Part shown: in pieces, positions 46,844 to 55,734 of the stretch
Layout of the letters: the number at the start of each line of letters is the position of its first letter
Position numbering within the stretch: position 1 is the first letter of the stretch
NCBI GenBank assembly: GCA_001772865.1
Contig: MEVD01000015.1
Span: 88,252-152,167 of the forward strand
DNA: 63,916 nt
Direction: 5' to 3'
DNA from: a candidate division WWE3 bacterium RIFCSPHIGHO2_02_FULL_38_14
Lineage (GTDB): Bacteria; Patescibacteriota; WWE3; UBA101185; UBA10185
Made by a program: the position numbers and the translations under genes
The notes under the pieces: model-generated
The model's input: the letters and a program-made list of their open reading frames with translations, nothing else
Databases searched by the model: none
What the model was told of the DNA's origin: nothing

Positions 46844-48887
46844 AAGAAGATGTTATCACAACAACACTTAAAAAACTTATTAAAAGTGTGTTGAAAAACA
46901 TATCCGGATGATATTTAAATTTTACTAAATGCTCGCCTTTAGGCAGATTAAATTTTATAAATACTTCCGAGTAGTCTGGAACTATACCAGCTCCGTCTAC
47001 TGTAACATCCCATTCTTTATAAGATCTAATAAAAGTATTAACCAAACGCTCTTCTGAAGCATTAATTTTAAACGAAAACTCGTTTTGTTTTATATTTAAA
47101 TACTCTATATTTTCATTTATTATAAATGGGAGTGAAGAATCATTTTCCATAAATATAACATTGCCAGTTGAATTTAATATATAGTTAACTCCCAGATAAT
47201 CTTCAAGTTTTTGATAAAAACCATAAGTATTATACTTATTAAATTTAATAGTGGTATCCGAAAATAAAACAGGATATTTCACATCAGCAAATCCCATGTC
47301 TTTTAAATACTTGGAGTAGGCATCCGGCTCCATCTGACTGTAACCGAATATTCCGTTTGATTCATAATATAATCCCACATTTTTATAAACCTCATCATTA
47401 TAAAAATATACTTTTTTAGTAACCGAATCTTCAGGAATAGTAAGTCGTTCATAAACTTTAATTTTGTTAATATCCACATATTGAGGTTTTAATACTTGTA
47501 AACCAAAAAACAATAAATCCGCAAAAATGATTAATACTATTATAAGTTTAATATTAAACGTATAGAATTTATGCAGAAGAAATAGCACAAATATTAGAAC
47601 GGTCGATAATAACCACACTACTAAATTAATGTCTTTTTTAATTGCTCCGTTAAAAAACATATTAATTACCTTTATAGTTTCCTGACCGGTTAAAGAAATT
47701 AAAAATAAAAAAACAAAAAACATACACGGAATTTTATATATATTTATGTTTTGCTTTAAATCATGAAAATTAGTTAAACGTTTATCTCCGGTAAAAAAGC
47801 TGTAAGTCCCTAAGCTTAAAACCAAACTAAATAGAACCGCACTCCTTCCCCAATACCTGAACATTGATATTATGGGAATATTTATATTGCTTAACACGGG
47901 AACAAACGAAATAAATGCCAAAAAGATGAATAAAAACACTAAAAAGGAAGATAAAAAAGCCACTTTTTTATCTTTTAAAATCAAAAGACCTATAACACCT
48001 ATTAATATTGCTGACACCCCGTGATAAATATAAGTCTCGTGTATAAAGTATTCTTCGCTTACCTGGTTCCATTTGTATTCGCCGTTTTTTCCCATTATAA
48101 ACGGATAGACTATATTTACCGCCATTATAGGGGAATATGAGCCTTCATTTAATTTATACGAACCCCCAACCCTGGAACTTTCCACATATAATTCATATGC
48201 TGGTACTAATAGAGGAATGCATATTAAAGAAAAAAGTAAAAGAAACATAATATATTTGAAAGTATTTTTAATTAGATATTTATCAAATATTATTATATAA
48301 ATTCCTAATACAAACATTTTTATAAGTAATAACTGAAAAGACCCGTTGTAAAAATCAAAAAGTAATATGCCTCCCAAAAATAATAAATTTTTAAAATCCG
48401 ATTTTGATATAAATTTATCTACAAGCAGTAAACACAGCGGTAACGTATATACAGCTAAAACAATTTCGAAATGCTTTTGATGATATAAGTTAAATAAGTT
48501 AAAGAAATAAACCACATTTGAAACTGCGAAAGCAGTCAGATTCTCTCCGAATTTTCTTTTTAAGAAATAATATAAACCAACTGAACCGGTTAAATAAAAT
48601 ACTAAATGCATTATTTTGTAATAGTTGAACGGTCCGAATAACATCACAAATACTATATTTAAGGGATTTAAATATCCTGCAGTAGGATCGGCATAAATAG
48701 GAAATCCTGAAAAAATCCTCTGAGTGTAGAAAGGAAATTCACCTTTTTGCAGGCTTTGGTAAAGAAAGTACTTAACTGGATAATGATAGCCCTCTGGATC
48801 TTCTCCTCCGATATAAGTATTTATGTTGAGCAAAGGATAGAAAAATAATAAATACGTGAAAATAGAAATGAGTAATGCTTTCCTCAT
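46806..48887 (-). CDS. YfhO-like (GT-C) membrane protein
   Basis: Many TMs; YHYP..G.FP.Y..IFSGFP; C-terminal WDVTVDG...G.H.VKFKY. Start moved to ATG 48887 (ATGA overlap with the upstream stop). Confidence 0.75.
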   Translation of the reverse strand: MRKALLISIFTYLLFFYPLLNINTYIGGEDPEGYHYPVKYFLYQSLQKGEFPFYTQRIFSGFPIYADPTAGYLNPLNIVFVMLFGPFNYYKIMHLVFYLTGSVGLYYFLKRKFGENLTAFAVSNVVYFFNLFNLYHQKHFEIVLAVYTLPLCLLLVDKFISKSDFKNLLFLGGILLFDFYNGSFQLLLIKMFVLGIYIIIFDKYLIKNTFKYIMFLLLFSLICIPLLVPAYELYVESSRVGGSYKLNEGSYSPIMAVNIVYPFIMGKNGEYKWNQVSEEYFIHETYIYHGVSAILIGVIGLLILKDKKVAFLSSFLVFLFIFLAFISFVPVLSNINIPIISMFRYWGRSAVLFSLVLSLGTYSFFTGDKRLTNFHDLKQNINIYKIPCMFFVFLFLISLTGQETIKVINMFFNGAIKKDINLVVWLLSTVLIFVLFLLHKFYTFNIKLIIVLIIFADLLFFGLQVLKPQYVDINKIKVYERLTIPEDSVTKKVYFYNDEVYKNVGLYYESNGIFGYSQMEPDAYSKYLKDMGFADVKYPVLFSDTTIKFNKYNTYGFYQKLEDYLGVNYILNSTGNVIFMENDSSLPFIINENIEYLNIKQNEFSFKINASEERLVNTFIRSYKEWDVTVDGAGIVPDYSEVFIKFNLPKGEHLVKFKYHPDMFFNTLLISFLSVVVITSSYAAIRIHKNGRI

Positions 48888-49972
48888 AATGGTCTCCAGA
48901 CATGAAATCCATCTTCCCATTGAATTAAATACCATGAGTAAAATACATAAAAACATATTAAAAATATGTAAAATATTAGTCCGTTGCTACGCTTTAATGT
49001 TAAGTTGAATACCGTTATACAGAGTAGTGGTATAAACCAAATTAGATAAGTTCTATTTAGAACCGGTGTAAACAAATAAAAAATCAAAAACGGTATTACT
49101 CCCAAAACATAGATATTTAAAGTTTTTTTCTTAAAGTAAACGAAAAATGCCAATAACCACCCCCCAAATGAAGCTAAAATAGAATATATTTTTAACGGTA
49201 CGATCTGAAAGAATTCAATATGCAAATAATAACTTATATAAAATAAGAACGGTCGCCCTTGTAGTTCTCTTACAGAATGAACAAAAACAGAACCTCGAAT
49301 CATAGTTAAAAAATCATCCAAGCTTTTTAGAAAGGGAGCTGCGATGGCTAGTGATGTAATTCCGGCAGCCAGCAAAAACTTTTTTCTGTCCGGTGATTTC
49401 AATATAAGCAATGGAAAGATTAAAATAGGAAAAGTCTTAAAAGCCACTCCCAAAGTTATAAAAACACCGGACAAAACAGAATCCCTTTCTAAATAATACA
49501 AACTAAGCATCATAAAAAATACGGCCAAAGGATCAATAAAAGTATAACTACTTCTGAATACCATGTACGGATTAAAAAGCCACACCAAAAGCGATAAAAA
49601 CATTACTTTTATATCTTTGTTAAAAAAATAACGGACCAATAAAACACCCACCCCCAAATCGGCCAGCAAAACAGGGATCTTCCATAAAACCTGAACCTCA
49701 ATATTAGTAAATAAATGAAATATATATAACAAGGAAAACAAATATATACCCAGAGGCAGATAAGAATACCCGTGGTTTCCGGTATCATCGGGATTGGAAA
49801 AACTTTCAATAGTCCAAATATAAGGATTCCTTCCGTCCAATAAATCTACAACGGCTTTTTCATAGGCATATACATCTTTGCCGGCCTGATTAAAATACTT
49901 AAGTCTTTCAAAGACCGCAATGGTAAAAATCAAAATCAAAAGTATAAATATTAAAATCCGCTTATATTTCAC
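48884..49972 (-). CDS. GT87/DUF2029-like glycosyltransferase (paralog 2)
   Basis: DVYAY...GRNPY, YSYLP, AFKTFP; polytopic. Confidence 0.65.
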   Translation of the reverse strand: MKYKRILIFILLILIFTIAVFERLKYFNQAGKDVYAYEKAVVDLLDGRNPYIWTIESFSNPDDTGNHGYSYLPLGIYLFSLLYIFHLFTNIEVQVLWKIPVLLADLGVGVLLVRYFFNKDIKVMFLSLLVWLFNPYMVFRSSYTFIDPLAVFFMMLSLYYLERDSVLSGVFITLGVAFKTFPILIFPLLILKSPDRKKFLLAAGITSLAIAAPFLKSLDDFLTMIRGSVFVHSVRELQGRPFLFYISYYLHIEFFQIVPLKIYSILASFGGWLLAFFVYFKKKTLNIYVLGVIPFLIFYLFTPVLNRTYLIWFIPLLCITVFNLTLKRSNGLIFYIFLICFYVFYSWYLIQWEDGFHVWRPL

Positions 49973-51090
49973 AGCTTTATATAATCACCTAAAACGTCAA
50001 CTCCGTCGCTCCATTGATTCAAATAAAACAAGTAGAACAGGTAATACCCCAAAACTAGCAAATAAAACTTAAAAGGGTTTTTTTCAAAATATCTATTAAA
50101 TGTTGCAATTATATATACAGGTATTATCCACATTAAATGAGTTCTGCTTAAAACAGGGGTGAAAAGATAAAAGCTTAATAAGGAAACCGTGCTTAGCAAG
50201 TACTTATCATCTACTTTCTTTTTATAAATTAAAAATATTGATAATAAAACACCAGAAAAAAGAGCGGCATATACATAAAATTTAAACAATCTCGTCTGCA
50301 AAAAGCTGAAACCGCTATCCTGCATAAAATAAAATATGTAAGTCAAAACTGGTCTTCCTTGAACCTCTCTCTCGCTATGTACTAGGAGTGAGCCTTTAAT
50401 ATAATTAATCAGGTCTTCGCCTGATTTAAAAAACGGCACGCTTATAGCTAAAAAAAACAGTAACCCGATTATTACAATCATTTTTTTCTGCTTAACTTTA
50501 GTAAAAATTATAGGAAGCAGAATTACGGGATAAGTTTTAAATGAAATTGCCAGGGAATACAGAAAAACACTAAGTTTATCTTTTTTACCTAATAAATATA
50601 ATGCCAAAAACACTAAAAATATTGTTATAGGTTCAGAATTAGTATAACTTTCTCTAAGTAAAAAATGAGGATTGAAAAACCATATTAATAAAGAAAAAAT
50701 GAGTGCAGCATAGCTTTTTTTAAACAAATATACACATAAGAGCACACCGACTCCCAAATCAGCGGCTAAAACCGGAAGCTTCCAAAGTCTTTGAAGAGGA
50801 ATATTATAATTATCATAAAAATAGTATAAAAACGATTGAATGTACAGCAAACTTGGCATATATGCATAGCCGTGCTCCAATCCTTTTTCCGGCTTTTCAT
50901 AAGTCATAACTGTCCATTTATATGGATTTTCCCCGGATATAAAATCCATAACAGCTTTTCTATAGGATTCAAAATCGCCTCCGGCTTCATCAAATAATCT
51001 ATAGCGCAAATATGTACTAAATAAAAATATTGCTAATAATACTATTACTTTTAAAACTGTTTCCTTTTCCAACGTAAATTTAACAGTCAT
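49969..51090 (-). CDS. GT87/DUF2029-like glycosyltransferase (paralog 1)
   Basis: DFESY...GENPY, YAYMP, SFKTYP; clearly homologous to the neighbour. Confidence 0.65.
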   Translation of the reverse strand: MTVKFTLEKETVLKVIVLLAIFLFSTYLRYRLFDEAGGDFESYRKAVMDFISGENPYKWTVMTYEKPEKGLEHGYAYMPSLLYIQSFLYYFYDNYNIPLQRLWKLPVLAADLGVGVLLCVYLFKKSYAALIFSLLIWFFNPHFLLRESYTNSEPITIFLVFLALYLLGKKDKLSVFLYSLAISFKTYPVILLPIIFTKVKQKKMIVIIGLLFFLAISVPFFKSGEDLINYIKGSLLVHSEREVQGRPVLTYIFYFMQDSGFSFLQTRLFKFYVYAALFSGVLLSIFLIYKKKVDDKYLLSTVSLLSFYLFTPVLSRTHLMWIIPVYIIATFNRYFEKNPFKFYLLVLGYYLFYLFYLNQWSDGVDVLGDYIKL

Positions 51091-51219
51091 ATACTTTAAA
51101 TTATAACTTTAATTTTAATCCTGTACGAACAGGAGATACACACTTTGCCGTTAGAAAAAAAAGAATATATAATTAAACATAGACCAACTTAAATATATAT
51201 TTTGTGGAAGGAGAAGTTT

Positions 51220-51834
51220 ATGTCATTTGAATTACCTCAATTACAATTCGCTTACGATGCTTTAGAACCATATATAGACGCAATGACGATGGAAATACAC
51301 CACTCAAAACACCATGCTGCATACATTAACAATTTGAACAAAGCGTTAGAACCTTATATGGATTTGGAGACGAAGGAATTAGAAGAACTGGTAAAAGATC
51401 TTAATAGCTTGCCGGAAAGTATTAGAACTGCCGTACAAAATAACGGAGGGGGGCATTATAACCACACCTTTTTCTGGAAAATACTTACCCCAAACAGCAC
51501 AAAATTACCAGAAGGTCTGCTGGCTGAGGCTATAAATAAAGAGTTCGGCAATTTTGAAAACTTTAAAATGGAATTCAATAAGGCTGCTATGGGCAGATTC
51601 GGAAGCGGATGGGCCTGGCTGATTATGGATGGTAATAAAAATTTAAGTGTGGTTTCTACACCTAATCAGGATAATCCAATAATGGGCGGTTTTAGACCTG
51701 TATTGGGTTTGGACGTATGGGAGCACGCATATTATCTTAAATATCAAAACAGAAGAGCCGATTATGTCAACGCATTTTGGAATGTTGTAAACTGGATACA
51801 GGTACAGGAAAACTTCGGAAAGAAAGAAGATTAA
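51220..51834 (+). CDS. sodA: Fe/Mn superoxide dismutase (Mn-type signature)
   Basis: [33 protein letters not shown]. Start moved to ATG 51220 after AAGGAG. Confidence 0.95.
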   Translation: MSFELPQLQFAYDALEPYIDAMTMEIHHSKHHAAYINNLNKALEPYMDLETKELEELVKDLNSLPESIRTAVQNNGGGHYNHTFFWKILTPNSTKLPEGLLAEAINKEFGNFENFKMEFNKAAMGRFGSGWAWLIMDGNKNLSVVSTPNQDNPIMGGFRPVLGLDVWEHAYYLKYQNRRADYVNAFWNVVNWIQVQENFGKKED

Positions 51835-51851
51835 GTAACTGCATCTAAATT

Positions 51852-52328
51852 ATGACCCATAATGTAATTTACTCATTAGCAATTATCCTGGTTGCCTTGG
51901 TTGTAAAAGTAATCTCCAATATCATTATTAATAATGCGCTGAACAAATTTGATAAAAGAGTTTCTTTGAAACAGCGTGCCTTAACAATATCCACATTTAT
52001 AAAAAATACGATTAATTTATCTGCATTGGTAATTATTATAATTATGTTGCTGGACCAATGGGGGATAAATATATCTCCTATAATAACAAGTATCGGTATA
52101 GCAGGATTGGCAGTAGGTTTTGGAGCACAGGCTTTAGTTAGAGACATTGTTACCGGAATTTTTATTTTAATTGAGAATCAATATAATGTCGGTGACAAAT
52201 TAAAAATCGCCGGATTAGAAGGCCGCGTAAAGGAAATAACTTTAAGGTCTACTATATTACAGGATGACTTCGGAACAATACATATTATTCCTAATTCTTC
52301 AATTTCTATAATTACAAAACTGAAATGA
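51852..52328 (+). CDS. MscS-family mechanosensitive channel, short form
   Basis: GLAVGFGAQALVRDIVTG, VGD, ITLRST, IPNS; lacks the usual C-terminal domain. Confidence 0.8.
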   Translation: MTHNVIYSLAIILVALVVKVISNIIINNALNKFDKRVSLKQRALTISTFIKNTINLSALVIIIIMLLDQWGINISPIITSIGIAGLAVGFGAQALVRDIVTGIFILIENQYNVGDKLKIAGLEGRVKEITLRSTILQDDFGTIHIIPNSSISIITKLK

Positions 52329-53814
52329 GTTTTTTATAAATTGTTGCATTAAGTATTCCGTCCACATATATTTCTTTTTCTATCGAATAAGATGATAATA
52401 ATACCGGATCCGCCAGCTTGAATTCTTGGTTATCAACTACATCAATATAATATTGCGGAAGATAGTTACTCCCCGGAGGAGTAATATCAAATTCCCTTAA
52501 ATAGTATTCCGCCAAAATAGCGTTATCATTTGTATAAATCCCTCGAACTCCTTTTTTGGTAAGCATATATTCTCTAACCACATCCCATCCTCTGTAATAA
52601 GGAAACCCGTATAAATATAAATGGTAATTATTGTTGGCTTTTCTCAGATTATATAAAGTATATTGGTCTTTCCAAGGATAACCGGTATTTAAAAATGGAA
52701 TGTAAACCGATGCTTTTATTAAAAGTGACACTAAAAGCGTTGCAGTAACTGTACCAATCATTATCTTTTTTAATTTAAAGGAAACAGAATTTTTTTCAAT
52801 TAAGTTAACAAAACCTACTCCCGACATAATATAAATCGGAATTAAATAGTTATTTATATGAGTACCGGGGTTTTGGAAAATCAGCTCAAAAACAATAAAA
52901 GGTATTAAGAACCAGAAAAACACAGTAATCTTCTTATAATTAATTCCTGTAGCAAAATAACGTCTTCGACTATTTTGCTCACTTTCGTTAGCAAAATAGA
53001 AGAAACTGAATAGCATAATTAACAAATAAAAAACATCTGGGTTATAAACTTTCATTGTATATACACTACTGCTTGGACGGTATTCCTGACCCGTAATCCT
53101 TCTTATTACATAATTTTGGGTTCTTTCAGAAAAATACCCATTTATTAAATATGGACCGTAAAAAACAGTGGAAAATATTATTACCGGTATTAAAAAATAA
53201 ATAGTAAAGTTTTTAATACCGGATGACTTAAAAAATATCATTGCAGCTGGTATCACAAAAAACAATGAATCATAATGAGTTAATATACCCAAAGAAAGGA
53301 AAATACTGCTTAAAAATATCAGCATTACCTTCTTATTTTTTTCATATAACAAACTTAAAAATATCGAAACTAAACAAAACATAATTAAAACGCTTTGATA
53401 TTGCGCAGTCCGGCTAAAAGCTATATTAAACCCACTCAAAGTAAATAGAGAAGACGCAAAAGCTGCTTCTTTCCAACCGAACATATTCCTTACAATAAGA
53501 TAAAATATTATAACTGATAAGAATCCTGACAAAGCAAACGGCAGTCGAATATACACTTCATTAAAACTATTAAATGTATTTTCGGTCAGCCAGGTAATTA
53601 TAAATTGGACCGGGCCTTTTCTTTGATCAAGCAGGTAATCGGTAATACTTATACTTTTATTATAAAAAACAGCTTTTGTTTCATCACCATAAAAATGAGA
53701 ATAACCAAGCTGTGGAAAACGCAAAATAAATGATACTGATAAAAGCACTGAGATAATTATTAGTTCAATTTTTGATAAACTTTTAATAGAAAAACCCGGA
53801 ACTACACTCATCAT
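52312..53814 (-). CDS. ArnT/GT39-like GT-C glycosyltransferase
   Basis: ILRF..L..SHFYGDE, KGP, RLPFAL, SRTAQY, THY motifs. Confidence 0.7.
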   Translation of the reverse strand: MMSVVPGFSIKSLSKIELIIISVLLSVSFILRFPQLGYSHFYGDETKAVFYNKSISITDYLLDQRKGPVQFIITWLTENTFNSFNEVYIRLPFALSGFLSVIIFYLIVRNMFGWKEAAFASSLFTLSGFNIAFSRTAQYQSVLIMFCLVSIFLSLLYEKNKKVMLIFLSSIFLSLGILTHYDSLFFVIPAAMIFFKSSGIKNFTIYFLIPVIIFSTVFYGPYLINGYFSERTQNYVIRRITGQEYRPSSSVYTMKVYNPDVFYLLIMLFSFFYFANESEQNSRRRYFATGINYKKITVFFWFLIPFIVFELIFQNPGTHINNYLIPIYIMSGVGFVNLIEKNSVSFKLKKIMIGTVTATLLVSLLIKASVYIPFLNTGYPWKDQYTLYNLRKANNNYHLYLYGFPYYRGWDVVREYMLTKKGVRGIYTNDNAILAEYYLREFDITPPGSNYLPQYYIDVVDNQEFKLADPVLLSSYSIEKEIYVDGILNATIYKKLISVL

Positions 53815-54755
53815 TTTTCATGTTCGGACAAAAACTTTTCAGCGTCCAATGCGGCCATACAGCCCAGCCCCGCGGCTGTTACAGCCTGCCTATATTTATA
53901 ATCCGAAACATCACCAGCAACAAAAACACCTTCTCTGCTTGTTTTTGTATTGTCACTAACTTGTATATAACCTAAATTTCCCAGCTCTACAAATCCTTCC
54001 AAAAATTCCGTGTTGGGTTTGTGACCGATTGCCAGAAATAAGCCTCTTACGTCCTCCATCACATAATTCTCATTAGTAATGTTATTAAGCACTTTTAAAC
54101 CTTCTACAAAATCACTGCCCAAAACTTCCAATATTTCGGTATTATAATGAAATTCAATTTTCTCGTTAGATACTGCTTTTGCGTACATATATTTGCTCGC
54201 TTTCATTTTATCTTTGCTACTTCTTACTAATGCATGAACTTTCGGGCTGAATTTAGTTAAGAACAAAGCCTCTTCCATGGCAGTATCGCCTCCCCCAACC
54301 ACAGCAACATTTTTTCCTTTAAAAAAGAAGCCGTCGCAAGTCGCACATGCTGAAACTCCTTTTCCGCGCAACCTTTGCTCGCTTGGTAGCTCAAGCCATT
54401 TTGCCGAAGCACCAGTTGCTATAATCAGCGTTTTCCCTTTGTAAGAATTGCTCGAATCTGTCTTTACAATATAATGCTCTTTGTTAGATCCTGAAACCGA
54501 TACAATATTCTCATCAACTATTTCTGTATTAAATCTTAAAGTTTGTTTTCTAAAAGTCTCTATCAATTGAGGTCCCATTATTCCGTCGGGAAATCCCGGA
54601 AAGTTTTCTACATCTGTAGTAAGCATTAACTGCCCGCCGGATGGCTGCCCCGCAATCACTAAAGTTTTTAAATTTGCTCTGGAAGTATAAATAGATGCGG
54701 TGAGTCCTGCAGGTCCTCCGCCAAGTATTAAAACATCAAAAAAGTCGCTGTTCAT
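53811..54755 (-). CDS. trxB: Thioredoxin-disulfide reductase
   Basis: GGGPAG, ENFPG, CATCDG, GGGDTA, AGDV...QAVTAAG. Confidence 0.97.
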   Translation of the reverse strand: MNSDFFDVLILGGGPAGLTASIYTSRANLKTLVIAGQPSGGQLMLTTDVENFPGFPDGIMGPQLIETFRKQTLRFNTEIVDENIVSVSGSNKEHYIVKTDSSNSYKGKTLIIATGASAKWLELPSEQRLRGKGVSACATCDGFFFKGKNVAVVGGGDTAMEEALFLTKFSPKVHALVRSSKDKMKASKYMYAKAVSNEKIEFHYNTEILEVLGSDFVEGLKVLNNITNENYVMEDVRGLFLAIGHKPNTEFLEGFVELGNLGYIQVSDNTKTSREGVFVAGDVSDYKYRQAVTAAGLGCMAALDAEKFLSEHEK

Positions 54756-54807
54756 TGATTAATTATAACAGTTGATTATCTTTTTCGAATATGCATAATA
54801 TTTAACT

Positions 54808-55068
54808 ATGAAAAATGTAAAAAAGAATAAAGTTAGCAAAAACAGCGCTAGCACAAATTTAAATCCCCTAAATAACACCAAAACAACAACTAAAGAAGGT
54901 TCGGAGAAAGTGGAACAAACTCCTGTATTGGATACGTCGGCTCATACTGACGAAGATCACGAAATACTTCAGCTGCTCAACAAAAAAGCCGGAAACAAAC
55001 CAAAAACTCAGGATATAGATTACATCCCCGAACTGGAAAGAGGGGATTTTGATATTGTTGAAGGGTAA
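54808..55068 (+). CDS. Small hydrophilic hypothetical protein
   Basis: Fills the gap between divergent trxB and the next gene; no recognised motif. Confidence 0.4.
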   Translation: MKNVKKNKVSKNSASTNLNPLNNTKTTTKEGSEKVEQTPVLDTSAHTDEDHEILQLLNKKAGNKPKTQDIDYIPELERGDFDIVEG

Positions 55069-55131
55069 AAAAGCTCTCTTCGCTGCCTTCTCCTCACTTC
55101 TCCTAATAAATAATGTAGAATAGGTTTTGAT

Positions 55132-55578
55132 ATGTCTAATTTACTGCTTGAGCTTCAAGGCAATAACTTTATTAACAGAACAATATTCCCGCACCGTCTT
55201 TTTTTATATAACGACATCTTGTTATACAAAAAAAGAAAATTTCTAAGACGAAGGGAAGTCACTATAGCTTATAGCCATATAGCTCAAGTAAACCTTGTAA
55301 GGGGAATAATATTTGCAACCATGGAAATAATTAGCACAGGATCAGAAAATATAAAATTAAGAGGAATTCCAAAAGAATTGGCCTCCAGAGCAAAGAAAAT
55401 TATTGATCAAAAGATATTTATGGAGCACGCTAAACATAAGCCTGACTATTCACAAAACCAGGATGAATTATTAAAATACGAACGGTCTGTGCAGAGGCTT
55501 AAAGAGCTTTTTATCAGGGGTAAGATATCGAAAAAAGAGTATAATGAAAGGCACCGTGAACTGATTGAAGATATGTAG
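55132..55578 (+). CDS. Bacterial PH-domain protein with C-terminal SHOCT-like helix pair
   Basis: TIAYSHIAQV...EIISTG; LKELFIRGKISKKEY. Confidence 0.6.
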   Translation: MSNLLLELQGNNFINRTIFPHRLFLYNDILLYKKRKFLRRREVTIAYSHIAQVNLVRGIIFATMEIISTGSENIKLRGIPKELASRAKKIIDQKIFMEHAKHKPDYSQNQDELLKYERSVQRLKELFIRGKISKKEYNERHRELIEDM

Positions 55579-55585
55579 AAAACAT

Positions 55586-55661
55586 GCGGCGGTAGTTCAG
55601 TTGGTAGAATGTCTCCCTTCCAAGGAGAAGGTCGCCGGTTCAAATCCGGTCCGCCGCTCCA
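55586..55661 (+). tRNA. tRNA-Gly (anticodon TCC)
   Basis: Cloverleaf: acceptor GCGGCGG/CCGCCGC, D GTTC/GAAT, anticodon stem TCTCC/GGAGA with loop CTTCCAA, T-arm GCCGG-TTCAAAT-CCGGT, U73 and encoded CCA; 76 nt. Confidence 0.97.
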
Positions 55662-55734
55662 TAAAACTTAAAAAATTAACAAAAATTTAAGAATATTATT
55701 CATTTTCTAGCTTGATTCATATAGACTTAATGTA

